In this document: positions 53,001 to 64,000 of the stretch, piece after piece
Position numbering within the stretch: the stretch's first letter is position 1
How the letters are laid out: each line of letters opens with the position of its first letter
From: Azolla caroliniana
Taxonomy: Eukaryota; Plantae; Polypodiophyta
Direction: 5' to 3'
Assembly (NCBI GenBank): GCA_043228905.1
Contig: JBHGNT010000022.1
Coordinates: forward strand, 1 to 64,000
Length of the DNA: 64,000 nucleotides
Notes under the pieces: model-generated
Databases searched by the model: none
Told to the model about the DNA's origin: nothing
What the model saw: only the letters and a program-made list of their open reading frames with translations
Program-made: the position numbers and the translations under genes

Positions 53001-55094
53001 CATTCCCTAGTGAACCCCTCCACTCATTTAAGAATACCACCACTACCAAACAACCAAACCCTAGTAGACCACTACATACAATTATACCAATAGAATCTAC
53101 CTATCAACCTTCTATCCTAGGACCAATCCCCAAGGCGTGTGCTCCCAAACCTTCAAAAGTCCGATCTTTGAAGGAGATCTACGAACAAACAAACCTCACT
53201 TCTAGTATATTAGAAAAGCATCCATCACTAGACTCCACTATATTTGATCCCTTAGATATATTATATCAACAAATGATCCAAGATCCATCCATCGATCGTG
53301 ATCTTCAATTACTAAATCTTGAATCTTTTGATGATGTCAATATACAGGAAGCTCTCTCAGGAACTGAAGCCATCTCATGGCGTGAAGCCATGGCCTCGGA
53401 GTACCAATCTCTCATGGAGAATGGTACATGGCAACTAGTACCACAACCGCCGGATCGAAAACTGGTATCATGCAAATGGCTACTCCGAAAGAAGTTTAAT
53501 GCGGATGGCTCGATCTCGCGCTACAAAGCTCGACTTGTAGCGCGAGGATTTTCACAAGTACCCGGTATGGACTACAACGAGACTTTTTCTCCCGTCCTCC
53601 GGATGACCTCATTCCGAGCATTACTCGCCACTGCCGCACAACTTCATCTCCTCGTCCATCAAATGGATGTTCGAACAACATTTCTACATGGAAACCTACA
53701 TGAAGAGATCTACATGGAGCAACCACCCGGTTATATATCTCAAGATTACCCAAACTATGTATGTAAATTAAACAAATCACTATACGGCCTAAAACAATCC
53801 CCACGTCAATGGTATGAAAGATTTAACTCATGTATGTCAAACCTAGGATATGTTCGTTTTCAATCCGACCCTAATGTATATAGCCGAAATGGCCCTAATA
53901 TAATACTCCTCCTAGCCATTTATGTAGATGATATCCTCATCCTATCCAACTCTGAAAACACACTATGTAAAGCAAAGAGTGAACTCCATGCATCATTCTC
54001 GATGCAAGATATGGGAGCCCTCCATTATTGCCTAGGTATCCAAGTTATTCAAGATCCCTCCCAAGGCATCATCCAAATAAACCAAAAATCCTACATTGAG
54101 TCACTCCTTAAGAAGTACAACATGTCCAAATGTAAAGGTATCGCAACTCCCCTACCAATCTCCCTTAAAACAAAAACATCAACCTCATCAATGACTCAAA
54201 CATCGGATATGGTGGCGTTTCCATATGCCAACATCCTTGGTGGAATTAGATACCTCGTCACATGTACAAGACCCGACATTTGCTTTGCGGCTAACTTCTT
54301 ATCTCGTTACATGCAGGCACCAAGTCCAATTCACACCCAACACTTGAAGCGCCTGTTAAGGTACCTTCAAGAAACTAAGGACTTCGGCATTACCTACTCG
54401 GCATGTCAACCATTAACGACACCATACCTAACTTGCTACTCGGATGCCGATTGGGGGGGTGATGAAGACACATTACAATCGACATCAGGCTACGTCTACC
54501 TCCTATCAAATGGTGCCATTTCATGGCAGAGCAAAAGGCAACAAAGAGTCACACTCTCATCAACGGAAGCAGAATATGTAGCAATGACATTGGCACTTAA
54601 AGAAGGAATTTGGCTAAAAGACTTCTTGAAGGAAACAACTCTATTCCCCGATCATCCACTTCTCCTTCAATGTGATAACATGTCAGCCATCATGCTCGCA
54701 AAAAATCTCAAACATTCCGAGCTAACAAAGCACATTGCCATGAAGCTACAATTTACGAGGGAACTACTACATGAAGGCAATATTCAAATAAGTCATGTGC
54801 GCACCGAACAACAATGGGCAGACTTCTTAACGAAGTCCACACAAAAATCAAAACATTACGAAAGTTGTAATAAACTAGGATTAAAAGCTACTTAGTTAAT
54901 ATTATCTAACTTAGGGGGGTGTATTAGAATATAAGTTAAATAATATTATTAATAATAAATATAATATAACTGCCCTCCCGGTGATAACACCAAGAAAGGT
55001 TTCTAACTGCCTTATATGGCTATAAATAGGTCTCTAAGACCTATAGTTGTAATAGGAAGATTTCAATACAGATTTACATTACTTTACTTTCTCC

Positions 55095-55125
<31 letters not shown>

Positions 55126-55156
55126 TTGCCTCTTCTCTTTTCATCTCTTCTCAACA
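50013..55156 (+). mobile_element. Intact Ty1/copia LTR retrotransposon (LTRs 50013-50247 and 54922-55156)
   Basis: 235-bp LTRs with 2 mismatches, TSD GTCCT (50008-50012 and 55157-55161), PBS TGGTATCAGAGC (tRNA-iMet) at 50248 and PPT AGGGGGGTG. Confidence 0.98.
50387..54895 (+). CDS. Copia gag-pol polyprotein, 1502 aa
   Basis: Uninterrupted ORF: CCHC knuckle CTYCGRHGHLEREC, protease WLLDTGATHHM, integrase HSDLCGP/RSDNGGEY/ERKNRT, RT YVDD and RNase H YSDADW. Confidence 0.97.
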   Translation: MAQHAHGTPNSSISTPSPSTPIPGFSTTQGTTPLVPTTTRSYNLDKLTGPNYLTWATRMTLMLKRADLWNVVSGTTQPTETNNTEWMAKDLQAQTELMFHLGDPQVQMVRRCDTSAEIWKVLRSTYHHEDLITQVASLKKLLISSVTENQEITKFIDEWRILLDNALLSGLQLDSNLQAMLLLAALPSSWRPFITTQASMTGLTVESLMARIRQEEIMRNGAHHSNATFSTPSMQYVQRQPNFKRGPPFRRNNNNMRPATASTKVCTYCGRHGHLERECRTKRHEQLNQSQQQRQQPHGRHPRAHLQQLDVPEVGQYGMESLQLFTSLLNSSNCLSHTTDISEWLLDTGATHHMTPQKHWLRDYKHLSSTMRVYLGNNQFLTAIGVGNLHITLPSGVNVNIYNVYHIPGLSRNILSVTTATSTGSSIEFFHDSCIIHFKLPNGQFEIIKIPQKDRLYPLAISMSNPHSVIGHTSIHSLHMAKAVSTLMWHYRFGHINSVTLHRMVKDKLCVGLPLYLNPIELCEGCILGKSSHKSHQTSLNKSTQLNQLVHSDLCGPMESSSLTGSHYFLTFIDDFSRYTTIYFLKKKSEVLTHFKEHCNLVVRQHDLPIQALRSDNGGEYGSNAFEAFCKDEGIQQQFTVPYTPQQNGVSERKNRTLVGAARAMLLTTGLSKTYWEEAVATACYVQNRVPHANDPKTTPYFHWFGKPPNVQHLRIFGCVAYPVKALDLRKKLDPTSTRMIFVGYGDRFGVKAYRLYDPEQRKFHLAHSVYFNETSLLSPQQEIHNPITPLTLPSTTPTIPISTPKRHTQVEWEEVSQLAPLPPQTLTPIVPTTTTQPTLHAPPTPTTPKTPPWSLGQKTKSLLFPMPTNSSFPSEPLHSFKNTTTTKQPNPSRPLHTIIPIESTYQPSILGPIPKACAPKPSKVRSLKEIYEQTNLTSSILEKHPSLDSTIFDPLDILYQQMIQDPSIDRDLQLLNLESFDDVNIQEALSGTEAISWREAMASEYQSLMENGTWQLVPQPPDRKLVSCKWLLRKKFNADGSISRYKARLVARGFSQVPGMDYNETFSPVLRMTSFRALLATAAQLHLLVHQMDVRTTFLHGNLHEEIYMEQPPGYISQDYPNYVCKLNKSLYGLKQSPRQWYERFNSCMSNLGYVRFQSDPNVYSRNGPNIILLLAIYVDDILILSNSENTLCKAKSELHASFSMQDMGALHYCLGIQVIQDPSQGIIQINQKSYIESLLKKYNMSKCKGIATPLPISLKTKTSTSSMTQTSDMVAFPYANILGGIRYLVTCTRPDICFAANFLSRYMQAPSPIHTQHLKRLLRYLQETKDFGITYSACQPLTTPYLTCYSDADWGGDEDTLQSTSGYVYLLSNGAISWQSKRQQRVTLSSTEAEYVAMTLALKEGIWLKDFLKETTLFPDHPLLLQCDNMSAIMLAKNLKHSELTKHIAMKLQFTRELLHEGNIQISHVRTEQQWADFLTKSTQKSKHYESCNKLGLKAT

Positions 55157-57549
55157 GTCCTAACAGTAAGAAGGTTCTAGTATCTGCCATAAGTAACCAG
55201 AAAGGGCACACATCCCAATCTGTGATGCCTAGGCAGTTTCAGGTATCTTTGCTGATGACATTAACTCCGGAGCCGCCATCAATGATGCATGCCGGAATTT
55301 CTTCTCCTTGTAGGATTACTTTAATAGTCGGGTTATGATGGTTGACCATAGTCGTCCCAGTTGCCGATTCCGTAAAATTCACAGGAATAATTAACAGGTT
55401 TGTCTTTCGCATCCGTGCTTCCATGGTTTGCCGAAATCTGCGGATGAAGTTCAATAATTTGTTCATCTTCATTGTGATTTGGCAGTTAGGAAGAGCTTGC
55501 CAAATCTGGTCGTCCTTCGTCATTACTTCTTCCATTCGCGATGTCGACGATTCGGCTGTGCTTACCTGGCTCATTCGTTCGACGTTCACCTAATTGGCTT
55601 TTTCGACCAAATGAAGCTTCTGTGGCTTTGCAAATGTCATCTTGGACTTCCCAATCAGATGTCTTTGCCTGGCTCTGGGTTGGACCTTGTTGGACTTTCG
55701 CAGTGATTGTATTGATTGTAGGTCCCTTCCCCTTGTGGTGTCGTGGGCTCTGGGTCATGTATTGCCCTGGTTGCTGGGAGATGAAGAAGTGCACGCCGGA
55801 ATCGCCTTTTCCGGCTGGTGGTGGAGCCGTGGTTGCCGGTTGTGGCTCAGGCTCATATGGAGGTCGCAGTTGGTACTAGTATTGCCATGTATACAGGGTT
55901 TCCTGGGTTAGTCGCGACGATTGTTATTTTAGGGTTCGATGTCGGTCCTCCTCCGGAGTATCATCTCAGAGGTGCTGGTTGCGAGCTTGTTGATCGCCTC
56001 CATAATCCCACGGTTCAGCTTGCCCACCTCTATTATTCGTGGGATGATGGTTATTGTAGTGTTGTCTGCTTTGATTGACGTGACAGTCATTTCGGCGGTA
56101 GTCGTCATCTTGTCCCTCCTCGATGTCGGAATACTCATCGTCGTCTTGGCGTGCGGGTTCATTCTAACGAGGGCGCTTTGCATCCCGATAGAATTCGTCT
56201 TGGCAAAACCGCTCATTTGGCTATCTACCGTTGCGTTGAGGTTCAATCCTCTGAATTGGTGATGTGGGTCAATTCAAAAGGTTATACTCGCATTGATCGA
56301 CTGTATGTGTCCTAGAGTGGTAGATTGGGTAGTGTACCCACATGTTGCAATTGACCCCTAAGTGTGCCGAGTTGACGCAGATGTTGTACTCAATTGCTTG
56401 TCAAAACCAGTACTCGTAGTCCCGTGGTAGTGTTTGTCGTGAGGTCATGGACATACTTTCTTGTGTATCCTCCATCTCCAACCCGAGAACCCAGTCGATC
56501 ATTGTTTCGGTCTTCTGACCTGTGAAATCGAGCATACCCAGAGTCGTTCGCATGGGTTTGCTCAAGGTGGTTAGGAAAGTTTCCTTGGCTTCCTCTTCAG
56601 TGGGTGCCCACGTTAGCTGGCTTCAGAGGTTTGGAAGCGGATGACGAAATCGGTGATGGACTTCTAGCTAAACTACTGAATTGAATAGAATTTGCAGATG
56701 ATTTTGCATTGCGGGACGCTTCGATGCAACAAGCGAAGGAATGACGTTCACATTTGATCGAAAGTTGTGAATGTAGCCAAGTCGAGTTGTGAGTGCCAAC
56801 ATGCCTATCTTCCATCAAGAGTGAGGTCAAATTCTGTGATTTTCGACGCGTTGGCCTCGACTTTTGGTAGTCTTTGCGAGACGTGGTTAACATTCCACGT
56901 GGTGAGGAAGGACCTCGCATGAGCTTCAACATCGGGTTCACCATTGTAACGTGGGTATGGGAATGTCATGGGGTCGAAAGTATAAAGTATGATGTTGTCG
57001 TGGGTGTGATCCGTCGGAAATGGTGTGTGGTTATCGTTGTGGTTGGCCTCAAAATTACTTCCACCAGTGCTTTCACTGACTAGATGAATTGGGGAGAAGA
57101 ACTCCTGTCAAATGGTATTGTGCTCAGTAAGCGTGGATTTGAAAATGCTTTCATTGAGATTCAGCAAGAAAGTGTCGAGGCATGACTTTTCTAGGGTGAG
57201 CTCTACCGCCCGTCGGGATTCTTCCGGAGTCTGAGGTTTACTTTGTCGTGCTGCCTCTTCGGTTAGACGATATCCATTCCTCACAAATTGACCAGGCATG
57301 CCAAAAGTGTTATCGGCCTAGGATAACATGGGGTCAAACCTCCGGTCCTTTGGTGATTCAACCCAAGGTCTTGTGGTCGGGGATGACGGGGAGTTCACTT
57401 AGCTATGCACTAGTCTGACGGTTTCGAACTACAGCCGGTTCTGTGATTGTGGAGATGGCAAGCCGGCTACAACCGACTGCATACACCTGATTACACAGAA
57501 CGTGAACTCAACACAAATGATAGACAACACAGTTACTTAGAGTATCGGA

Positions 57550-60500
57550 TGTTGGGAAATCGGTCCCTCCGGATGGGATCTGGTGATGGATGACGAGGAC
57601 CCGGTGAGAATCGGAAGAGAAGACATATTTGTAAATATGTTTTGAGTAAGTCTATTGAGGCTATATTTGTAAATAACCCTAATGTAAAAAGAACAACGTG
57701 TGGAAGCAATAGAAAACCGAACGTAAGAAAAAACATAGGTTTAATGGAAAGATTGGACACACAGTACGTGGGGGAGAGAGAGAGAGAGAGAGAGGGAGGG
57801 AGAGAGAGTCAATACACACAACTCTCTTCAAAATAATAATACTCAGTCTGTACATAGGATGTGCTCAGTGAGCACTTTTATACAAGTCCATGCGGACTGA
57901 CAGAAGTACTGACACATACTTCAATGCTCATAAATGAGCTCTACACTAACTCCCAAAATATATTCCTACACGGAATATCTTTCCAACGGCCTTGTGGTTT
58001 ACGCACCGCTACAGCTTCTCGTTGCGCACCGGTTTATGCACCGGTCTAGCCTAACCGATCAGTACCAACCGATCCGGTTCTCGGCTTGCATAGCCGATCT
58101 GGCCAATCTTGAGCTTGTATCTCAACACTCCCCCTCAAGCTCAACTTGAGGCTCTTCTAGTTCTTCCGGATCACCACTCCGGTTTCTTCTTGCTTCACAC
58201 CTTGCTCGCGTTCCTCGTCCTGTTCGATTCCGCGTTCCTCGACCCTTCCGGTCGGTGTGTGTTCTCGTGCGGCCCTTCTCAGCTCCCTTATTGTCGTGGT
58301 GTTGGCACCTCTTCGGTTGCCCTTTCTTCCACTTGGCCCTTGGTTGATTCGGCGTCTCCAATCAAACATCCGAACCGAATCAGCTTCCTCTGATCGGTTT
58401 TTTCTCTCGTGTGAGTTGGCTTCATCTCCCCCATGCTTGGCTGGCTTCGGCTCTTTCTTTCAACTACTTCCCTCACATCCAGTTTTAGACTCTTTCGCGG
58501 ATCTGCCCTAGGCTTCTTCAATCGACTCGAAATCGAAATCGTCATCTGACTCGGCATCACGGTCTCTTTCGCTCCTTTCCTACTCCCTTCTATGGTCTTC
58601 CAAGACTTCTCTCCCCCTCAAGTTCGGCACATCGAGGTGTTGCAACCCAAGCGCACTCGAGACCAAGGGGCTTGGTGAAAATGTCGGCGGTCTACCAATC
58701 CGTCGGAACATACTGAAGTTCAACTTCACCGGAGAGGACACGCTCGGTCAATGTGCTTAGTCCGGGCATGGAAGACAGGGTTCTTCGCTAACTAGATGTT
58801 GCTAAGGTCGTCGTCGGATCGGACACCTCCACCTGCAGATCCTTAAGTAGATGTTTCAGCCAGATGGCTTTGCATGTTGCGACAACCACTCTATACTCGG
58901 CTTCGGTGCTCGATAGTGCAATTGTTAGTTGCTTCTTGCTACTCTACACGATCGCGGCGCTCCCAAGAGAGAACGTGAATCCGGATGTGGATTGGCGATC
59001 GTCGGCGTTTTCGGCCCCATCAACATCAGTATAGCCGACTAATTATGCGGCAGTACCGATCCAATATAGTAGCCCCCGGTCCTTAGTGCCACTGAGGTAC
59101 CTGAGTACGCGTTGTGCGCACTGAAGGTGCTCCTCGGTTGGCCGAGCCATGAACTGACTAATCACACCGACCAGGTAACTGACGTCTGGTCGAGTGATAG
59201 TCAAGTATATGAGGCTTCCGACAATCTGTCGGAACCTCTTCGGATCGCAAACCTTTCTAGAGTTGGGGCGAAGCTTTACGGTTCTATCTAGAGGGGTCAA
59301 GACGGACTTACAATCTACCATCTCGAACTTGAAGAGCATACATACCACGTAATGCCATTGGCTGATTAGTATGCCTTCGGGGGTACGGATCACTTTGATC
59401 CCAAGGAAGTAATGAAGGTCCCCCAGGTACTTCATGTCAAATGATGCCACGAGCTAGAGCTTTACGCGGTCAATTTCACCTAAGTCGGCACCGGTGATGA
59501 CCAAGTCATCAACATAAATTAAAATACTAACCGGCCCGAGGCGACCTTTACGAATGAACAATAAAGAGTCTGATTTGGACGTCGCAAATCCCATCCGATG
59601 CAATCGCTGCGTTATTTTCACGTTCCAAGCACACGGGGCTTGCTTTATTCTGTAAAGAGACTTCTTCAACTGGCTGACCGCCGAGGTGTTCATTCCGGAG
59701 TGAAATCTGGGGGGTTGTACCATGTACACCTGCTCCTCAAGCTCGCCTTGCAGGAACGCATTCTTGACATCCATTTGATGTAAATGCCACCCCTTTGCCG
59801 CAACTACCGCAAGCAAAACACGGACGGTCGTCATCTTTGCGGCTGGCGAAAACGTCTCATCGTAGTCGATGCTATGTTGCTGCGTGTAGCCGTTCGCTAC
59901 TAACTGGACCTTGTATCAGTTGACCGTGCCATCAGTGTTGTACTTGACCTTGTACACCCACCTTCATCGGATCGGCTTCACACCCTTCGGTGCGTCAACT
60001 AGGTCCCAGGTTTCATTCTCCGCTAATGCAAGCATCTCTTCCTCCATTGCGGCATGCCAATTTGCGTCCTTCGTCGCTTCTGTGTAGCTCTCCGGCTCAC
60101 GCACTTCCACTACATGTGTCATGTACGCATAGTGATGTGCCATGTACTCGTTGTATCCAAACCGCACAACAGGGTTCTTCTGGCGGATAGATCAACGTAA
60201 TTGCTCATTAGTTGATGTTGAGGCTTTCTTGGCCGACGTGGACTTCGCTCTTGAAGGCCCGTCATCGCTCTTCTCGGAATCGGATTCGCATCAATCCGAC
60301 TCGCCCTTATCCGTGCCATACTCCGGCATCTTCTTCTTCCCTTTTTCCTTGTGCATAAACCGTCTCCTCGGTTTCCTGCGCGGGGAATGCACGGCCGAGT
60401 CTCCACTACTCGCCGGCTCTTCTTCGGACTGGTGAAACCGACCCAGTCGCTCGTTCGGTCCACTTAGCTGAAATGAAATCGGACTCTCATCGAGGGTCTT

Positions 60501-63500
60501 AGTTTCGCAGTCATCCAGAGTCATTTCAGCCTCGTTGACCTCATCGTAAGAACTCGGGTCCGGAGGTTCGGAGTTGGAGTTGAGGTCCGAAGTCGGAGGC
60601 AAGTACCAAGGTGCGGACTCGTCAAACACAACATCGCGGCTCACACGAGCTTGTTTGGTTCGGGGGTTATAACACTTTTAACCCTTCTGGGTTCGCATCC
60701 ACCCTCCTCTGTTTCTCCTTCGGCACATGCACATACACAATGCTACCGAAAACTCTCAAGTGTCGTATGTTACCCCGTACGAGATGTACGGAGAGTCAAT
60801 GTGATGAGCGAGGGTAAAATGTTATCATGATGATTGTTGTGTGTTTGTAGGGGGCATAAATGTAATCGTGAGTCGATACGTATGTGAACACATGCACACG
60901 TGTGTGCATGTGGATGGATACGAGGAGGTATGAGTGAGTGTCTAGTATGAATGCTCTAGGGGGCTTACACCCCTTTGTATCTACCCCCTCTTGTACTATT
61001 TAACCCCCTTATGGGGAATGAATGATGAATAACCATTTCTCTCTCTCTCAATCTCTCTCTTGTCATCTCTCTCTTCTATCTCCCCTTAACGTTGAACCCC
61101 CTTGGGAGGGGGGTGGAGCCATTCTAGGCACCACCCCCCACCCCGTAATGCTTCTCAATCACTTGTCAACATCTTCATCTCAATCTCTCTCACCATCATA
61201 CTCTCCACCATCTTCACTATTCCACCATTTCTATCTTCGTCATCGATAATCATCATTACCATTAACCCTAACCCTAAAACCTATAACACCTTTTGGCGAC
61301 CACTAAGGCGACCCCCCTTTGGAGACGAAGTCGAAGACTAGGATGCGGCAAAGACATGGCAACGATGAAATGTGCGAGAAATCAAATGGATGATGTGCGG
61401 GAAATGGTGATGTTGATTAGAATCCGTCGAGGTCGAGGAATGCAACACAATGCAACACAGTGATGTTGTACGAGAGGACGTCGCACAAGGATACAAAACA
61501 AACGTATGTTCAAGTGTGTGGTTAACGACAATGTGCGTGTGTAGGAAAGTGTGGTGCGAGAGACAACCAAAAAGACAAGGACGACACTAACTGTCAAAGC
61601 GGCTAGAATAGCCAGACAACGGCTGTAAAGCGACTGGAGTAGTTGGACAACATCCAGAACGGCGGGAATGGCCAAATAGGGACTGGAGCGATGGCGACGG
61701 CTCGACAACCGACGACAGGAACAATGATGACGCCGAAATAAGATCGGAGAGACACTGGACGAAGATGGAGTCGGCCAAACAGAGACCAACCAATGGAAAG
61801 CTTGAGAAAAGCAATAGTGACCGGAGCGGGAGCCGACTGGAATAGCCAGAGATGGGAGTAGCCGGATAACAGCCGAACTGACTACCGGAAAACCAGCCTG
61901 ATCGAACTTGAACGGGCCGAAGAGCAACCGAAGAGCAGTCGGAGTGGCCGAACGGCGTAGGAACGGAGGCGCCCGAACAACGGCAGAAGCGTAACAAAGA
62001 TGGATAGGCGGCCGAACAATGATGGCCGGAGACGGAGATAGAGATGCAGACGCGGACGGGAAGACAATGACGACATCCAGATGGCGACGACGCAAGACAC
62101 CGACAACTGGAGGAAGGCCGAAACCGTGACAAAGATGGAAGGCCAAAAGAGGCAACAGAAATTGACGACGGCCGGAGTGGAAGGACAACAGAGTCGAAAA
62201 CGACCGGAATGATGGATGACGACAGATCGTCGGCCAGAGCAGCAGCGGTCGGGCGCATAACCAGAAACAGCAAGTAAGAACGGCGGGATGGACTAAAACA
62301 GACCGGACCAGACAAACAAATGAACCGGAAGATGAATGACAGTGCTAGACAGAGACAGCGAAACTGGTGGCTGGAGACGGAGAAGAAAACGGAAATGGTG
62401 GCGGGAGTCAGACAGAGCCGGCAGGACGACGAAGATGTCTGACGATAACGACCAAACAACGGCCGGACAACGGACAACAACAGCTAGGAGATGGCCAAAG
62501 TGACGGAGAGGCAACCGAAAGGGCTGGACAGAGACATTGGACGAATAGAAGGGTGAACAGCGGCCGGATCGACGGCCGGAATAGAGATAGGCCGGATAGG
62601 GCTAATAAAGACGATGACGCCGCACAGTGGCCGCACAGAAACGGTTGCAGAGGCAGAGACAGACGGCGACTGGCGCCGAGGGATGGATACTATGGAGCTT
62701 CAGAAGGAGAGGAAGCAAAAACAGGCATAGAACGAGGAGAAATAGTGCAAAAGGAAGAAAAAAGAATGAAGGAGAAGAAAGGATGGAGCAGCACAAACAG
62801 AGAAGAAGAGAAAGAAAGAGAGGAAAAATGGAAGAAGTCATGGAAGACATGGAGAGACGGAGAAGAAAGACAAAAAAAGAAGAAGAAAGAGAGAAAAAGA
62901 AGAGAAAGAAGAAAATCGAAGAAGAGAAAGGCATACAGAGACAGACGTGAGCACGAGAGAGACAGAGATACAAGAGCAAGAAGAAGAAATAAAGAGAAAA
63001 ACCTAGAATAAAATTGAAAACAGAGAGAAAAAGAAGAAAAAAAAGGGGGGGGCATGTAACAAATATTGAAACCTTGAGGGTGCTGAATGAAATTGTGAAA
63101 CCTCAAGGGTACATATCAAAATTTTAAAAAATAAGAGGGCACCACTAGAATTTTGAAAATCCCCAAGACTACTCACACACACTCAAAACAAAGGAAGAAC
63201 ACACATACATACGACATGATTTTGGACCCATGACGAAGTTCGTAAGCCGAAAAAACGAGAATGTTTGTGTCGCGGACGATTTGCTGACCGACAAAGATGT
63301 TCGAGTCAAGCATTCCGATCGAGGTAGTCGATCGTTGAAAGGACCGATGGAAGTTCCGGTCGAAGAAATATCATCATCAAGGCATGTGGGATCGACGTGC
63401 AAGGCACTTTCCCACGGGCGTGCCATATTGTGTTACCCCGTACGAGATGTACGGAGAGTCAATGTGATGAGCGAGGGTAAAATGTTATCATGATGATTGT

Positions 63501-64000
63501 TGTGTGTTTGTAGGGGGCATAAATGTAATCGTGAGTCGATACGTATGTGAACACATGCACACGTGTGTGCATGTGGATGGATACGAGGAGGTATGAGTGA
63601 GTGTCCAGTATGAATGCTCTAGGGGGCTTACACCCCTTTGTATCTACCCCCTCTTGTACTATTTAACCCCCTTATGGGGAATGAATGATGAATAACCATT
63701 TCTCTCTCTCTCAATCTCTCTCTTGTCATCTCTCTCTTCTATCTCCCCTTAACGTTGAACCCCCTTGGGAGGGGGGTGGAGCCATTCTAGGCACCACCCC
63801 CCACCCCGTAATGCTTCTCAATCACTTGTCAACATCTTCATCTCAATCTCTCTCACCATCATACTCTCCACCATCTTCACTATTCCACCATTTCTATCTT
63901 CGTCATCGATAATCATCATTACCATTAACCCTAACCCTAAAACCTATAACATCGTAGATTCAGCTTCCTTCCGAAATATAGCTCATGTGCCGACACTTTG
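57550..64000 (-). mobile_element. Degenerate Ty1/copia element (3' LTR about 57550-58127; continues beyond the window), inserted in the gypsy 5' LTR
   Basis: RT HQMDVKNAFLQG, YVDD and IVGSLIYLTITRPD; RNase H; integrase tail SRDVVFDE. PPT TTGAGGGGGAG abuts TGTTGAG at 58127; TGTTG...CAACA LTR ends. Confidence 0.88.
60768..63951 (+). mobile_element. Young non-autonomous LTR element (TRIM/LARD-like), 521-bp LTRs 60768-61288 and 63431-63951
   Basis: TG...CA LTRs with one visible mismatch (60943 vs 63606), TSD TCGTA (60763-60767 and 63952-63956), 2.1-kb purine-skewed interior with no gag/pol motif. Confidence 0.95.

Larger units (their letters stand above)
46392..57549 (-). mobile_element. Degenerate non-chromovirus Ty3/gypsy element (Athila/Tat-related), interrupted. 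The 3' end of its 5' LTR is at 57308.
   Basis: Protease IIDGGSGVNVI (about 55270), RT 48635-49450 (FLDDF, LNPAKCVFG), integrase C-terminus at about 48000-48200 and a coiled-coil extra ORF remnant at 46400-47700. The LTR end ...GATAACA is followed by PBS-like CTTTTGGCATGCC. Confidence 0.8.

Noticed and set aside
50462-53804. Small ORFs overlapping the copia polyprotein
   Set aside because: Alternative-frame or antisense shadows of gag-pol.
61382-63106. Long ORFs (268, 297, 214, 138 aa) in the non-autonomous element
   Set aside because: Overlapping frames on both strands, low complexity and no domains. Explained by extreme purine skew that depletes stop codons.

Overview
Plant nuclear DNA, probably a non-seed land plant such as a fern or lycophyte (inferred from a Tcn1-type chromovirus, a PLS-class PPR fragment and GT-AG introns). 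1-18174 is a near-identical 3596-bp tandem array. Each unit carries a small secreted 6-Cys prolamin/EC1-like gene plus copia and gypsy debris, and one copy is frameshifted. A diverged paralog with a Pro/Thr tail follows (19929-20345), then an intact 5-exon GDSL lipase on the minus strand (24870-27428). At 35389-39207 (minus) the ORF track hides a spliced, pseudogenised gene that fuses a ParB/Sulfiredoxin-like segment to a bacterial-type beta-class N4C/N6A DNA methyltransferase. Its first intron holds about 10 tandem palindromes, and exon 2 is interrupted by a retroposed PPR fragment with an 18-bp TSD. 39.6-64 kb is nested retroelements: a LINE inside a chromovirus LTR, an intact copia with TA...CA LTRs inside a non-chromovirus gypsy, a second copia, and a young non-coding LTR element with tRNA primer-binding-like sites at both inner LTR borders and no adjacent PPT.
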